This document shows, piece after piece, positions 9,731 to 18,659 of a stretch of DNA of 64,000 nucleotides. Source of the DNA: an uncultured Gemmatimonadales bacterium. GTDB taxonomy: Bacteria; Gemmatimonadota; Gemmatimonadetes; Gemmatimonadales; GWC2-71-9. Each line of letters starts with the position of its first letter. Position 1 is the stretch's first letter. The DNA lies in NCBI GenBank assembly GCA_963739455.1, contig CAVUAK010000001.1, forward strand, positions 640,001 to 704,000, given 5' to 3'. Made by a program: the position numbers and the translations under genes. The notes under the pieces were generated by a model. It ran no database searches. It was not told the origin of the DNA and saw nothing but the letters and a program-made list of their open reading frames with translations.

Positions 9731-11014
9731 TTGAAAGGCAGCCAGGTGCGCCAATCGCTTGTTCGCAGTCTTTTCGTCCTCGCCGTGCTGCCCTCAGTGG
9801 CGCTCGCACAGAGCGCCGCCGTGGACCAACCCCGGATACTCGACGACATCAAGTTTCTCGCGGACGACCGCCTGGACGGCCGGCTCACCGGCACGCCCGA
9901 CGCCGATACCGCGGCGGCCTACATCCAGCAGCGCTTCAAGCAGGCAGGGTTGCAGGCACCGGCAGGCGGATGGTTCCAGGAGTTCAAGGTGGAGGGCGGT
10001 GCGGCCCAGCGGGTGGCTTCGGCTGGCACGACTGGGCGAAACGTCATCGGCCTGCTGCCCGGCTCCGACCCGGTGTTGCGGGAGCAGGTCATCGTGGTGG
10101 GCGCGCACTACGACCACCTGGGCGGTGGGGCCTTTGGTGCGCTCGACCCCGACAGCACCGGCAAGCCGCACAACGGGGCCGACGACAATGCATCAGGCGT
10201 CGCCGCGATCATCAACCTCGCCCAGCGCATGGCGGCTGATCCGCCAGGGCGCACGATCGTGTTCGTGGCCTTCAGCGGCGAGGAGCTCGGCCTGCTCGGC
10301 TCGGCGTACTACGTGCGCCAGCCGGTGGTTCCCCTCGCCAAGACGACGGCGATGATCAACTTCGACATGGTGGGCCGGCTGCGGAATGACAAGCTCATCA
10401 TCTACGGAACGGAGACAGCGACACAGTTCACGCCGCTGCTCGACTCGATCAACAAGATGTACGGGTTCGACCTCAAGATGCGCGGCGACGGCTATGGTCC
10501 CAGCGACCAGTCGGCGTTCTATGCCGTGAAGAAGCCGGTGCTGCACTTCTTCACCGACCTGCACGAGGACTATCACCGCACCACCGATGACTGGCAGAAG
10601 ATCAACGTCGCCGGGATGCTCAAGGTGACGGACTTCGCCGCGGCGCTCCTGCGTGAGCTGGGTGACCGGACGACGCCCCTCACCTTCGTGGACCAGCCCT
10701 CGCCGCATGCCCAGGCGCCGGCCGCGGGACAGGTGCAGACGCCAGGCTATGGCGCCTATCTCGGTACGGTGCCCGACATGGCAGGCGAGGGCGGCGGCGT
10801 GAAGCTCAGCGGCGTGCGCGCGGGGAGTCCCGCCGAGAAGGCGGGGCTGCAGCGTGACGACGTCATCACCCGGATTGGTGACATGCCGATTCCCGACCTG
10901 CAGGCCATGACCGACGCGTTGCGGTCGCACAGGCCGGGCGACGTGGTGCCCGTCACCGTGCAGCGCGATGGCAAGCCGCTCACCGTGACCGTCACGCTGG
11001 GCACGAGGACCTGA
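9731..11014 (+). CDS. Secreted M28 family peptidase with C-terminal PDZ domain
   Basis: Signal peptide; GAHYDH, GADDNASG, GEELGLLGS, DYH; YLGTVP..GSPAEKAGL PDZ. Start may be GTG 9746. Confidence 0.9.
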   Translation: MKGSQVRQSLVRSLFVLAVLPSVALAQSAAVDQPRILDDIKFLADDRLDGRLTGTPDADTAAAYIQQRFKQAGLQAPAGGWFQEFKVEGGAAQRVASAGTTGRNVIGLLPGSDPVLREQVIVVGAHYDHLGGGAFGALDPDSTGKPHNGADDNASGVAAIINLAQRMAADPPGRTIVFVAFSGEELGLLGSAYYVRQPVVPLAKTTAMINFDMVGRLRNDKLIIYGTETATQFTPLLDSINKMYGFDLKMRGDGYGPSDQSAFYAVKKPVLHFFTDLHEDYHRTTDDWQKINVAGMLKVTDFAAALLRELGDRTTPLTFVDQPSPHAQAPAAGQVQTPGYGAYLGTVPDMAGEGGGVKLSGVRAGSPAEKAGLQRDDVITRIGDMPIPDLQAMTDALRSHRPGDVVPVTVQRDGKPLTVTVTLGTRT

Positions 11015-11469
11015 TGACGGTGCTCAAGCCGGACCCCATTGTCGCGGCCCTGCGGGGAGCGTTCACCCGGGAGGTCGACCGCGAGGCGATGCTGCGCCTC
11101 GCGGCGGAGCGGATCCAGCAGGCAGGCAGCCCGTACACCTCGGTGTACATGTACATGCTGCACGGGGAGGAACTGGTGCTCGAGGCGTTCGCCGGCCGTG
11201 ATACCGAGCACACGCGCATCGCCGTGGGCCAGGGCGTGTGCGGTACCGCAGTGGCAACGGGTACCGACCAGAACGTGCCCGACGTGCGCGCGAGAGAGAA
11301 CTACATCGCGTGCAATGTGTGGACACGCTCCGAACTCGTGGTGCTGATTCGTCGCGGCAGCGTGATTCTTGGCCAGATCGACGTGGACAGTGATGCGCCC
11401 GATCCGTTCACGCCCGATGAGCAGGCAGCCGTGAAACAGGTGGCCGACGCGCTGGCCGTGCTGCTCTGA
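11014..11469 (+). CDS. GAF domain protein, free Met-(R)-sulfoxide reductase (MsrC)-like
   Basis: GQGVCGTA, YIAC, SELVV, IDVDS motifs. Confidence 0.75.
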   Translation: MTVLKPDPIVAALRGAFTREVDREAMLRLAAERIQQAGSPYTSVYMYMLHGEELVLEAFAGRDTEHTRIAVGQGVCGTAVATGTDQNVPDVRARENYIACNVWTRSELVVLIRRGSVILGQIDVDSDAPDPFTPDEQAAVKQVADALAVLL

Positions 11470-12284
11470 CCACTCGTCTCGTTCGCAGCGTCTCCCTGTT
11501 CGAGCGCCGCGTTGGTGAAGGCCCACCGGTCGTCATGCTGCACGGCGGCCCCGGCGCGAGTCATGATTACCTCCGGCCGGGCTTCGACCTCCTCGCTCCC
11601 GGGCGCACCCTCATCTACTACGACCAGCGCGGCGGCGGGCAGTCCCCGGTGCCGACGGGCACTCCCGTCGGCTGGCGCGAGCAGGTCGCCGATCTCGATG
11701 CCCTCAGGGAAGTGTGGGGCCTCGACCAGCTCACGATCTGCGGCTACTCCTGGGGCGGCCTGCTCGCGATGCTGTACGCCACGGAGCATCCCGACCGGGT
11801 CGCTCGGCTGGCCCTCGTGTCCCCGGCCCCGGCGTGGCGTGCCGCGCGTCTCGAGTTTGAGCAGACATTCTCGGCCCGCAACATGAGCCCGGCGCTGCAG
11901 GCCGAGCGAGCGGCGTTGCGCCAGGGCGGTCTTCGTGAGAGCGATCCCGATGCCTACCAGCGCCGCCTGTTCGAGCTTTCGGTGGTGCCGTATTTCGTCG
12001 ACCCGTCACTGGTGCGGCAGCTCACCTCGTTTCGTGTCGTCGCCCGGACGCAGCAGGAAGTCTGGTCAAGCCTGGGCGACTATGACCTTCGACCACGGCT
12101 GGCGGAGCTCGCCGTGCCGTCGCTGGTGCTGCATGGCAAGGAGGACGTGATCCCCGCGTGGGCCGCCGAGGAGGCAGCGAGACTGCTACGCGCCGAGTGG
12201 CACCTCTTGTCGCCCTGCGGGCACTGTCCGCACGTGGAACAGCCAGAGGCCTTTGTCCGTGCGCTCGACGGCTTCCTTTCCTGA
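11466..12284 (+). CDS. Alpha/beta hydrolase (proline iminopeptidase-like); probable CTG start, first ATG at 11535
   Basis: HGGPG, YDQRGGG, GYSWGG nucleophile elbow, GH.PH.EQP. Confidence 0.8.
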   Translation: MTTRLVRSVSLFERRVGEGPPVVMLHGGPGASHDYLRPGFDLLAPGRTLIYYDQRGGGQSPVPTGTPVGWREQVADLDALREVWGLDQLTICGYSWGGLLAMLYATEHPDRVARLALVSPAPAWRAARLEFEQTFSARNMSPALQAERAALRQGGLRESDPDAYQRRLFELSVVPYFVDPSLVRQLTSFRVVARTQQEVWSSLGDYDLRPRLAELAVPSLVLHGKEDVIPAWAAEEAARLLRAEWHLLSPCGHCPHVEQPEAFVRALDGFLS

Positions 12285-12316
12285 CGCCCTCGCCCCTTCA
12301 CGTCTATTTTCCATCC

Positions 12317-12985
12317 GTGCCCCGGCCCACCCCGTTCGACCTCGTTTTCGACCCCCTCGCCGACGACCGTTTCCCGGCCATCCGCGATGCGCTCGCACTG
12401 AACGGCCGCGACCCGCGCGACCGCGACGCGTTCCTCATGGTGAAGGCGAGCGTATCGCTGGTCCGCGAGCTGCGGCCCGACCACGGCGTCGGCGACGGCA
12501 TGGACCAGCTCGTGGCACTGGTTCACCATGCGTACCTGTTCTGGGCTGGCGATCGTTGGGTGCGGTCGCTCGACCGGGCGGGCCTCGATGCGCTGCTGAA
12601 CGCGGAGCTGCCGCCCGACCTGAGCGACGACACGATTTCCTGGTACCTGCAACTGCCCGAGCGACGGATGTGGGCGCAGGCACTCGAGGGCTCGGCCCAT
12701 GAGCCGCTCGACGGGATCTTCGTGCATCATGCGCCCGACGGAACCCTGCGTGTGCTCGGGGTGCTGGGCGTGCATGACGACCGCGATGGGTTCACGGTGG
12801 TGGAGGCGACTGGCGCCCGTCTTCCCGGCGTGATGCGGCCCGATTCCGCGGCGTTCAGCAGCGTGCTTCCCGGCGGTGGTGCGGCGGGACTCTACTCCAT
12901 CGCAGGCGCGCATGAGTTGATCGAACTCGGCTGGCGTTCGCAGGCGCTCGAGTACCATCCCGGTACTACCACCACGGCGCACTGA
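12317..12985 (+). CDS. Hypothetical protein
   Basis: Coding-like ORF, GTG start after TATTTT box, 2 nt upstream of polX; YLQLPERRMW motif. Confidence 0.65.
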   Translation: MPRPTPFDLVFDPLADDRFPAIRDALALNGRDPRDRDAFLMVKASVSLVRELRPDHGVGDGMDQLVALVHHAYLFWAGDRWVRSLDRAGLDALLNAELPPDLSDDTISWYLQLPERRMWAQALEGSAHEPLDGIFVHHAPDGTLRVLGVLGVHDDRDGFTVVEATGARLPGVMRPDSAAFSSVLPGGGAAGLYSIAGAHELIELGWRSQALEYHPGTTTTAH

Positions 12986-12987
12986 GC

Positions 12988-14736
12988 ATGACTACACCGG
13001 GCCCCCTTTCCCACGTCGACAAGAAGAGCGCTGCCCAGGTGCTGGAGCAGATCGCGTCCTTCCTCGAGCTCAAGGGCGAGAATCCCTTCCGGATCCGGGC
13101 CTTCCGCACCGCATCCAAGACGGTGGCCGGCCTGCCGGGTGAGCTCGCGCCGGCACTGGCTGACGGCACCCTTGCGGCCACCAAGGGTATCGGTCCCGCC
13201 ACCCTGCAGATCGTGCAGGAGGTGGTGACCACGGGTCGCGCGTCGGTGCTCGAGGAATTGCGGGACCAGGTGCCACCGGGCCTGGTCGACATGCTGCAGA
13301 TCCCCGGGCTCGGCGTAGCCAAGATCCGGCAGATCCACGACACGCTCAAGGTCGACTCGATTGCCGAGCTCGAGGAGGCCGCCGTCGACGGCAGCCTGGC
13401 AAAACTGCCGCGCTTCGGCCAGAAGACCGCGGAGAACATCCTCAAGGGGATCCGCTTCCTGCGCCAGGCGAGCGCGTGGCGCCTGTCGCACCATGCGGTT
13501 GAGGAGGCGGAGGCGCTGCGCGCCGCCCTGAGCCAGCTCAAGGGCGTGCGACAGGCCGTCATCGCGGGAGACGTGCGGCGCCGCGCCGAAGTGGTGCGCG
13601 ATGTCGTGATCGTGCTCACATGCGATGCCCCGCCGGCGCAGATCTTCGCGCATCTCAGCGAGCTGCCCGGCGTAAGCGAGTTCGCGGGCCAGGACGAACG
13701 CCGCGTCACGCTCCGGTTCGCCGGCGGCAGCACGGCGCAGGTCATCGTCACGACGCCCGTCAATCTCGGGGCGGTGCTGGTGCAGGCAACCGGTAGTGAC
13801 GCGCACCTGCGGCTGCTGACCGCGCACGCGGCGAGTGCGGGTTACGCCCTCAGCGGGGCCGCACTCTGGCGTGGCAGCGAGTTCGTGGCGACCCCGGACG
13901 AAGCGACGCTCTACGGCGCGCTCGGGCTTCCGGTCATTCCGCCGGAACTGCGCGAGGGCCGGGATGAACTGGCGCTGGCCGCGCGTGGCGCGCTCCCGCG
14001 GTTGTTGGAGCGCGAGGACCTGCTCGGGTTCCTGCACTGCCACACGAACTACAGTGACGGCACGAACACGGTGGAGCAGCTGGCAATAGCCTGCCGGGAG
14101 CATGGGTATCGCTATATCGGCATCACCGACCACAGTCAGTCGGCGGCGTACGCCGGAGGCTTGCGGGAAGACGACCTCGAGCGCCAGTGGGCGGAGATCG
14201 ATTCGGTCAACGCACGGATCGAGGGCATTCGCGTGCTCAAGGGCGTCGAGGCGGACATCCTCCAGGATGGTGCGCTCGACTATCCAGCGGAGGTACTCGC
14301 GCAGCTCGACTTCGTCATCGGGTCGGTGCACAGCCGGTTCAACATGAATGCGCAGGAGATGACGACAAGGGTGCTCCGCGCGCTCGACGACCCGCGCCTC
14401 ACGATCCTCGGTCACCCGACCGGGCGGCTGCTGCTCTCGCGCGACCCCTACCCGCTCGACATGGACGCGATCATCGAGCGAGCGGCGACGCGCGGCGTGG
14501 CGCTCGAGATCAATGCCGACCCGCACCGGCTCGACCTCGACTGGCGCGTCCTACCTGCCGTGAAGGCCGCCGGAGCACAGGTATCGATCGGCGCGGATGC
14601 CCACAATATCGCGGGCATCGACTACGTGGATTTCGGCGTCGGCATTGCGCGCAAGGGTGGGCTCGGCCCGGATGACGTACTGAACGCGCGCGACCTCGCT
14701 GGCTTCACCGCTTTCGCGTCGAAAGAACGCGGCTGA
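12988..14736 (+). CDS. polX: PolX-PHP (X-family DNA polymerase/3'-5' exonuclease) with degenerate polymerase site
   Basis: ENPFRIRA, HhH motifs, IPPELRE, PHP motifs HCHT.YSDG, TDHS, GHP, DAH. Confidence 0.9.
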   Translation: MTTPGPLSHVDKKSAAQVLEQIASFLELKGENPFRIRAFRTASKTVAGLPGELAPALADGTLAATKGIGPATLQIVQEVVTTGRASVLEELRDQVPPGLVDMLQIPGLGVAKIRQIHDTLKVDSIAELEEAAVDGSLAKLPRFGQKTAENILKGIRFLRQASAWRLSHHAVEEAEALRAALSQLKGVRQAVIAGDVRRRAEVVRDVVIVLTCDAPPAQIFAHLSELPGVSEFAGQDERRVTLRFAGGSTAQVIVTTPVNLGAVLVQATGSDAHLRLLTAHAASAGYALSGAALWRGSEFVATPDEATLYGALGLPVIPPELREGRDELALAARGALPRLLEREDLLGFLHCHTNYSDGTNTVEQLAIACREHGYRYIGITDHSQSAAYAGGLREDDLERQWAEIDSVNARIEGIRVLKGVEADILQDGALDYPAEVLAQLDFVIGSVHSRFNMNAQEMTTRVLRALDDPRLTILGHPTGRLLLSRDPYPLDMDAIIERAATRGVALEINADPHRLDLDWRVLPAVKAAGAQVSIGADAHNIAGIDYVDFGVGIARKGGLGPDDVLNARDLAGFTAFASKERG

Positions 14737-15407
14737 TGCCGGCGGCAGCCCGGCCGCGGGGCCGCGAATCAGCGGAGGCACTCAAGGCGCGCGCGAAGGA
14801 AATCTTCAAGCGGCTCAAGAAGCGCTATCCCGACGCGCACTGCGAACTCGACCACCGGAACCCGTTCGAGCTGTTATGTGCCACGATCCTGTCGGCGCAG
14901 TGCACCGACGCCCGCGTGAACCTGGTGACCCCGGAGTTGTTCCGTCGCTATCCCGATGCGGCGTCGCTCGCGATGGCCCGCCCCGATGATGTCGAGGCGA
15001 TCATCCGGTCCACCGGGTTCTTCCGCAACAAGACGAAAAGCCTCATCGGCATGGCGAATGCTGTGATGGACAGGCACGCGGGGCACATTCCCGACTCGAT
15101 GGAGGCGCTACGGGTGCTGCCGGGGGTCGGACGAAAGACGGCTAACGTCATTCTCGGCAACGCCTTCGGGATCAACGCGGGCGTCACCGTGGACACGCAT
15201 GTCAGCCGCCTGTCCCAGCTGCTCCGCCTGTCGCGAAACACCGACCCGGAGCGCATCGAGCGCGACCTGATGGAGTTGTTCCCGCAGCGCGACTGGGCCC
15301 TGCTGTCGCACCTGCTGATATTCCACGGACGGCGCACCTGCATCGCCCGGAGGCCCAGGTGCGGCGAGTGCGTCCTCGCAGACCTCTGTCCCTCGGCGCA
15401 GTTCTGA
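14736..15407 (+). CDS. nth: Endonuclease III
   Basis: LSAQCTD, LPGVGRKTANV, VDTHV, C-x6-C-x2-C-x5-C Fe-S motif. Confidence 0.95.
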   Translation: MPAAARPRGRESAEALKARAKEIFKRLKKRYPDAHCELDHRNPFELLCATILSAQCTDARVNLVTPELFRRYPDAASLAMARPDDVEAIIRSTGFFRNKTKSLIGMANAVMDRHAGHIPDSMEALRVLPGVGRKTANVILGNAFGINAGVTVDTHVSRLSQLLRLSRNTDPERIERDLMELFPQRDWALLSHLLIFHGRRTCIARRPRCGECVLADLCPSAQF

Positions 15408-15438
15408 TGCGCCGGGTCACGCGGCAAGGAGAGATGAC

Positions 15439-16242
15439 ATGAGTGCACAGGTGCGCGTGCGGGGCTGGCTGCTCGTCGCCGCGTTGGTGGTCGCGGCACC
15501 GGTAGCGGCACAGCAGAACGCCAGCGTGCAGGCCGCGCAGAATTTCCGCTTCTCGGCGGCGGAGATCGAGGCGGTGGTGCACGCGCGGAACAGCCTTGCC
15601 CGGGCCATCGCCACCACGCCCGGGCTCGGCGACCAGATCGTCGCGGCATCGCAAGGCAACCCGACGGTGGACCAGGTCATCGAGCGCCTCCGCGCGATTC
15701 CGCAGGTCAAGAAGGCGTACAACAACGCGGGCCTCACGACGCGGCAGGGCGTGCTGAGCGAACTGGCGCTGCTGCTCACCGCGAAGGCCTACCAGAACTC
15801 GCAGCAGAATCCCGGCGCGCCGGCGATCACCCCTGCGATGGCGGCCAACCTGGCGCTGTACCAGCAGTACACCGGGCAGCTCATGGCGTGGCAGTCGGAG
15901 ATCACCGGCCAGGGGCCGGTGGTCGATCCCGACATGGTCGGCGTCGCCGGTGCGTATCCCGATAACATGCAGCTACAGAACAACCTCGATGTGCAGCAGC
16001 CGGGCAACATCAACACGGCGCAGGACCCGGACATGAAGCAGCCGGGGAACGTGAACGTGGCGAAGGATCCCGACATGCGACCGGCGGGCAACGTGAACGT
16101 CGCGCAAGATCCCGACTTCAAGCAGCCGGGCAACGTGAACGTGGCCACCGACCCCGACATGCGTCCACCAGGCAATGAGTCGCCGGCCGACCCCGACATG
16201 GTGAACCCGATCGCCACCGACCCGGACAACGTCTCGCCGTAG
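15439..16242 (+). CDS. Secreted hypothetical protein with C-terminal 14-aa tandem repeats
   Basis: AGGAG RBS, signal peptide ending VAA-QQ, repeats of [KR]QPGNVNVAxDPDM. Confidence 0.75.
   Translation: MSAQVRVRGWLLVAALVVAAPVAAQQNASVQAAQNFRFSAAEIEAVVHARNSLARAIATTPGLGDQIVAASQGNPTVDQVIERLRAIPQVKKAYNNAGLTTRQGVLSELALLLTAKAYQNSQQNPGAPAITPAMAANLALYQQYTGQLMAWQSEITGQGPVVDPDMVGVAGAYPDNMQLQNNLDVQQPGNINTAQDPDMKQPGNVNVAKDPDMRPAGNVNVAQDPDFKQPGNVNVATDPDMRPPGNESPADPDMVNPIATDPDNVSP
15994..16239 (+). repeat. 42-nt / 14-aa intragenic tandem repeat (4 good copies plus degenerate copies)
   Basis: QQPGNINTAQDPDM, KQPGNVNVAKDPDM, RPAGNVNVAQDPDF, KQPGNVNVATDPDM, RPPGNESPADPDM. Confidence 0.85.
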
Positions 16243-16282
16243 ACCGGCTTAGATTCCCGGCCACACTTTTCCGGAAGGCAAC

Positions 16283-16732
16283 GTGGCCAAGACCGCTACC
16301 ATCGTGACCAGCAAGGGCACTATCGTCGCCGAGCTCTTCGATGACGAGGTGCCGAACACCGTCGCCAACTTCGAGAAGCTCGCCAACAGCGACTTCTATG
16401 ACGGCACCCGCTTTCACCGCGTCATCTCCGACTTCATGATCCAGGGCGGCGACCCGCTCTCGAAGAAGGCGGGCGACCCGCGCGCCGGCACCGGCGGCCC
16501 CGGCTACAAGATCAAGTGCGAGACCGAGAAGAACACGCACCGGCACGTGGCCGGGACGCTCTCGATGGCGCATGCCGGCAAGGACACCGGCGGGAGCCAG
16601 TTCTTCATCTGCCATTCGCCGCAACCGCACCTCGACAGGAAGCACACCGTGTTCGGGCAGGTCTCGACGGGCATGGACGTGGTGAACGCAATCCGCCAGG
16701 GCGACGAGGTCACGTCGATCAGGGTGAGCTGA
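16283..16732 (+). CDS. Cyclophilin-type peptidyl-prolyl cis-trans isomerase
   Basis: [38 protein letters not shown]. Confidence 0.95.
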   Translation: MAKTATIVTSKGTIVAELFDDEVPNTVANFEKLANSDFYDGTRFHRVISDFMIQGGDPLSKKAGDPRAGTGGPGYKIKCETEKNTHRHVAGTLSMAHAGKDTGGSQFFICHSPQPHLDRKHTVFGQVSTGMDVVNAIRQGDEVTSIRVS

Positions 16733-16733
16733 C

Positions 16734-17144
16734 CTGCTCGTCGACTTCGCGGTCCTTGCCGACTACGCCCTCTTCGACCAGCAGGGCAAGCTGTCGGTGC
16801 TCGGCATCTTCCGTCACGTGTGGGTGGGCGGGTTTCCAGCGGTGCACCCGCGCACCCACCTGGTGATCCGGCTGCGCGCGCAACGCACTGAAATCGGCGT
16901 GCACGCGCTCCGGATCAGGTTCCTCGACGACCGCGACAACGAGCTGCTGGGCGGCGAGGGCACGGTGCAGTTCGGCGAACCACCCGCCGGCGTGACCGAT
17001 GTGGAGGCGGCGGCGGTGCTCGCGTTTGACGTGCCGCTGCCGCGTCCCGGCCAGTACCGGTTTGCCCTCAGCATCAACGGCATCCCCGCCGCCGAGGTTC
17101 CGCTCTCCGCCAGCGCAGCCCCTGCATCAGGCCAGCAACACTAG
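16734..17144 (+). CDS. Hypothetical protein (DUF6941-like); probable CTG start
   Basis: LADYA..DQQGKLSVLGIF N-terminus, PGQYRF C-terminus; in-frame stop at 16725. Confidence 0.65.
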   Translation: MLVDFAVLADYALFDQQGKLSVLGIFRHVWVGGFPAVHPRTHLVIRLRAQRTEIGVHALRIRFLDDRDNELLGGEGTVQFGEPPAGVTDVEAAAVLAFDVPLPRPGQYRFALSINGIPAAEVPLSASAAPASGQQH

Positions 17145-17147
17145 TCT

Positions 17148-17176
17148 TTGACAGCGGCACCAATGAGCGCTACCGT
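17148..17176 (+). promoter_or_regulatory. Sigma70-type promoter for the fadL-like gene
   Basis: TTGACA-N17-TACCGT. Confidence 0.55.
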
Positions 17177-17250
17177 ACGGCTCAACAGGCCGGCGCGACC
17201 GGGTCCTGCCCCAGACCTACACAACCGATCCCATCACTCGGAGTTCGCTT

Positions 17251-18642
17251 ATGCGGCGTGCCGAAGTGTGCTTCGCCCTGGTGACCGCGCTGATGCTGGC
17301 GCGACCCGCCGTTTCGCGCGCCCAGGGATACGGTGTCTACGAGCAGAGCGCCTGTACCATGGGGCGCGGTGGCACCGCCGCAGCCGAACCATGTGCCGAT
17401 GGTTCCGGCATGTACTTCAATCCGGCGGGCATTGCCGGCCTTCCGCTGACTGGATCGCTCGGCGGCACGCTCATCTGGCCATCCACGACCTGGGCCAATG
17501 ACAATACCGGGATCCGGAGCGAGTTCCTGAGCAAGACGTACGCAGTTCCCAATCTCTATTTCGTGGCACCCGTGGCCCAGCGCTTTGCGCTGGGCTTCGG
17601 TGTTTTCGTGCCCTATGGCCTGACGACAGAGTGGGACAAGGACACGTTCGAGGGTCGTTTCCTCGGATACAAGACCTCACTGAAGGCGATCTACCTCCAG
17701 CCCACGGTGGCCGCGAAGTTCGGCAGGCTGAAGATCGGCGCCGGCCTCGACATCACCAGCCTGAGCGTGGATTTGCAACGCAAGATCGACCTGTCGCAGC
17801 AACTCCTGCCGCCAGGCGCCGGGGCTCCTCCCGGCGCCACGTTCGGCAGTCTCGGTGTCCCGTTCGGCACCGACTTCGCGGACGCGACGATCACGGGTAG
17901 CGCCTGGGGCGTCGGGTACAACCTTGGCGCCACGTTCGAGGTGGCGCCGCAGCTCACGGTCGGCGTCCGCTACCTCGCGCGGCAGAAGATCACCGCCAGC
18001 GACGCCACGGCGGAGTTCACCCAGGACCCGACTGGCCTGGTCCTTACCGGCGGCAACCCGCTCGGGCTCCCGGCTGGCACGCCCGTCGACGCCCTGGTGG
18101 CGCCGCAATTCGCGCCGGGCGGCCCGCTGGTGACGCAGGGAGTGTCAACGACGATCCGGTTGCCGAACCAGTTGGTCATGGGCGTCTCCGTGACACCCGT
18201 CAAGCCGCTCAAGATCATGTTCGATGCGCAGTACACCTGGTGGGAAGTGCTCGACGAGATCCCGCTCGACTTCGAGATCCTGCCGACTTCGAGCCTGGTA
18301 CTCAACGACGAGAGCGTCTGGACGTGGCGCTTCGGTGCCGAACTCCTGCTGAACCAGGAGCGTGACTTGAAGTTCCGGCTGGGATACATCTTCCACGAGG
18401 CGGCGGCACCCGCGCAGTCGGTCGTCCCGAACCTCCCCGAAGCAGCCCGCAATGACTACTCGGTGGGCGTCGGGATGCGGATCACGAAGGCGATCAATAT
18501 CGACGTCGCATACATGCTCGTCGACGCGGTGAACCGCCGGGGACGCACGATCGATCTCGCGCCCGGCGGCCCCATCACCAACGGCTTGTACTTCGACGCC
18601 GGTGCCGACCTGCTCAGCCTCACCCTGACCGCCAACTTCTGA
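17251..18642 (+). CDS. OmpP1/FadL family outer-membrane transporter
   Basis: Signal peptide, EQSA..MGRG, YFNPAG, PYGL.TEW, C-terminal Phe. Confidence 0.88.
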   Translation: MRRAEVCFALVTALMLARPAVSRAQGYGVYEQSACTMGRGGTAAAEPCADGSGMYFNPAGIAGLPLTGSLGGTLIWPSTTWANDNTGIRSEFLSKTYAVPNLYFVAPVAQRFALGFGVFVPYGLTTEWDKDTFEGRFLGYKTSLKAIYLQPTVAAKFGRLKIGAGLDITSLSVDLQRKIDLSQQLLPPGAGAPPGATFGSLGVPFGTDFADATITGSAWGVGYNLGATFEVAPQLTVGVRYLARQKITASDATAEFTQDPTGLVLTGGNPLGLPAGTPVDALVAPQFAPGGPLVTQGVSTTIRLPNQLVMGVSVTPVKPLKIMFDAQYTWWEVLDEIPLDFEILPTSSLVLNDESVWTWRFGAELLLNQERDLKFRLGYIFHEAAAPAQSVVPNLPEAARNDYSVGVGMRITKAINIDVAYMLVDAVNRRGRTIDLAPGGPITNGLYFDAGADLLSLTLTANF

Positions 18643-18659
18643 CCGGGAGAACCGAGCTC

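Noticed and set aside
15994..16239. 42-nt repeat as a CRISPR array
   Set aside because: In-frame coding repeat with wobble variation, no unique spacers and no cas genes.
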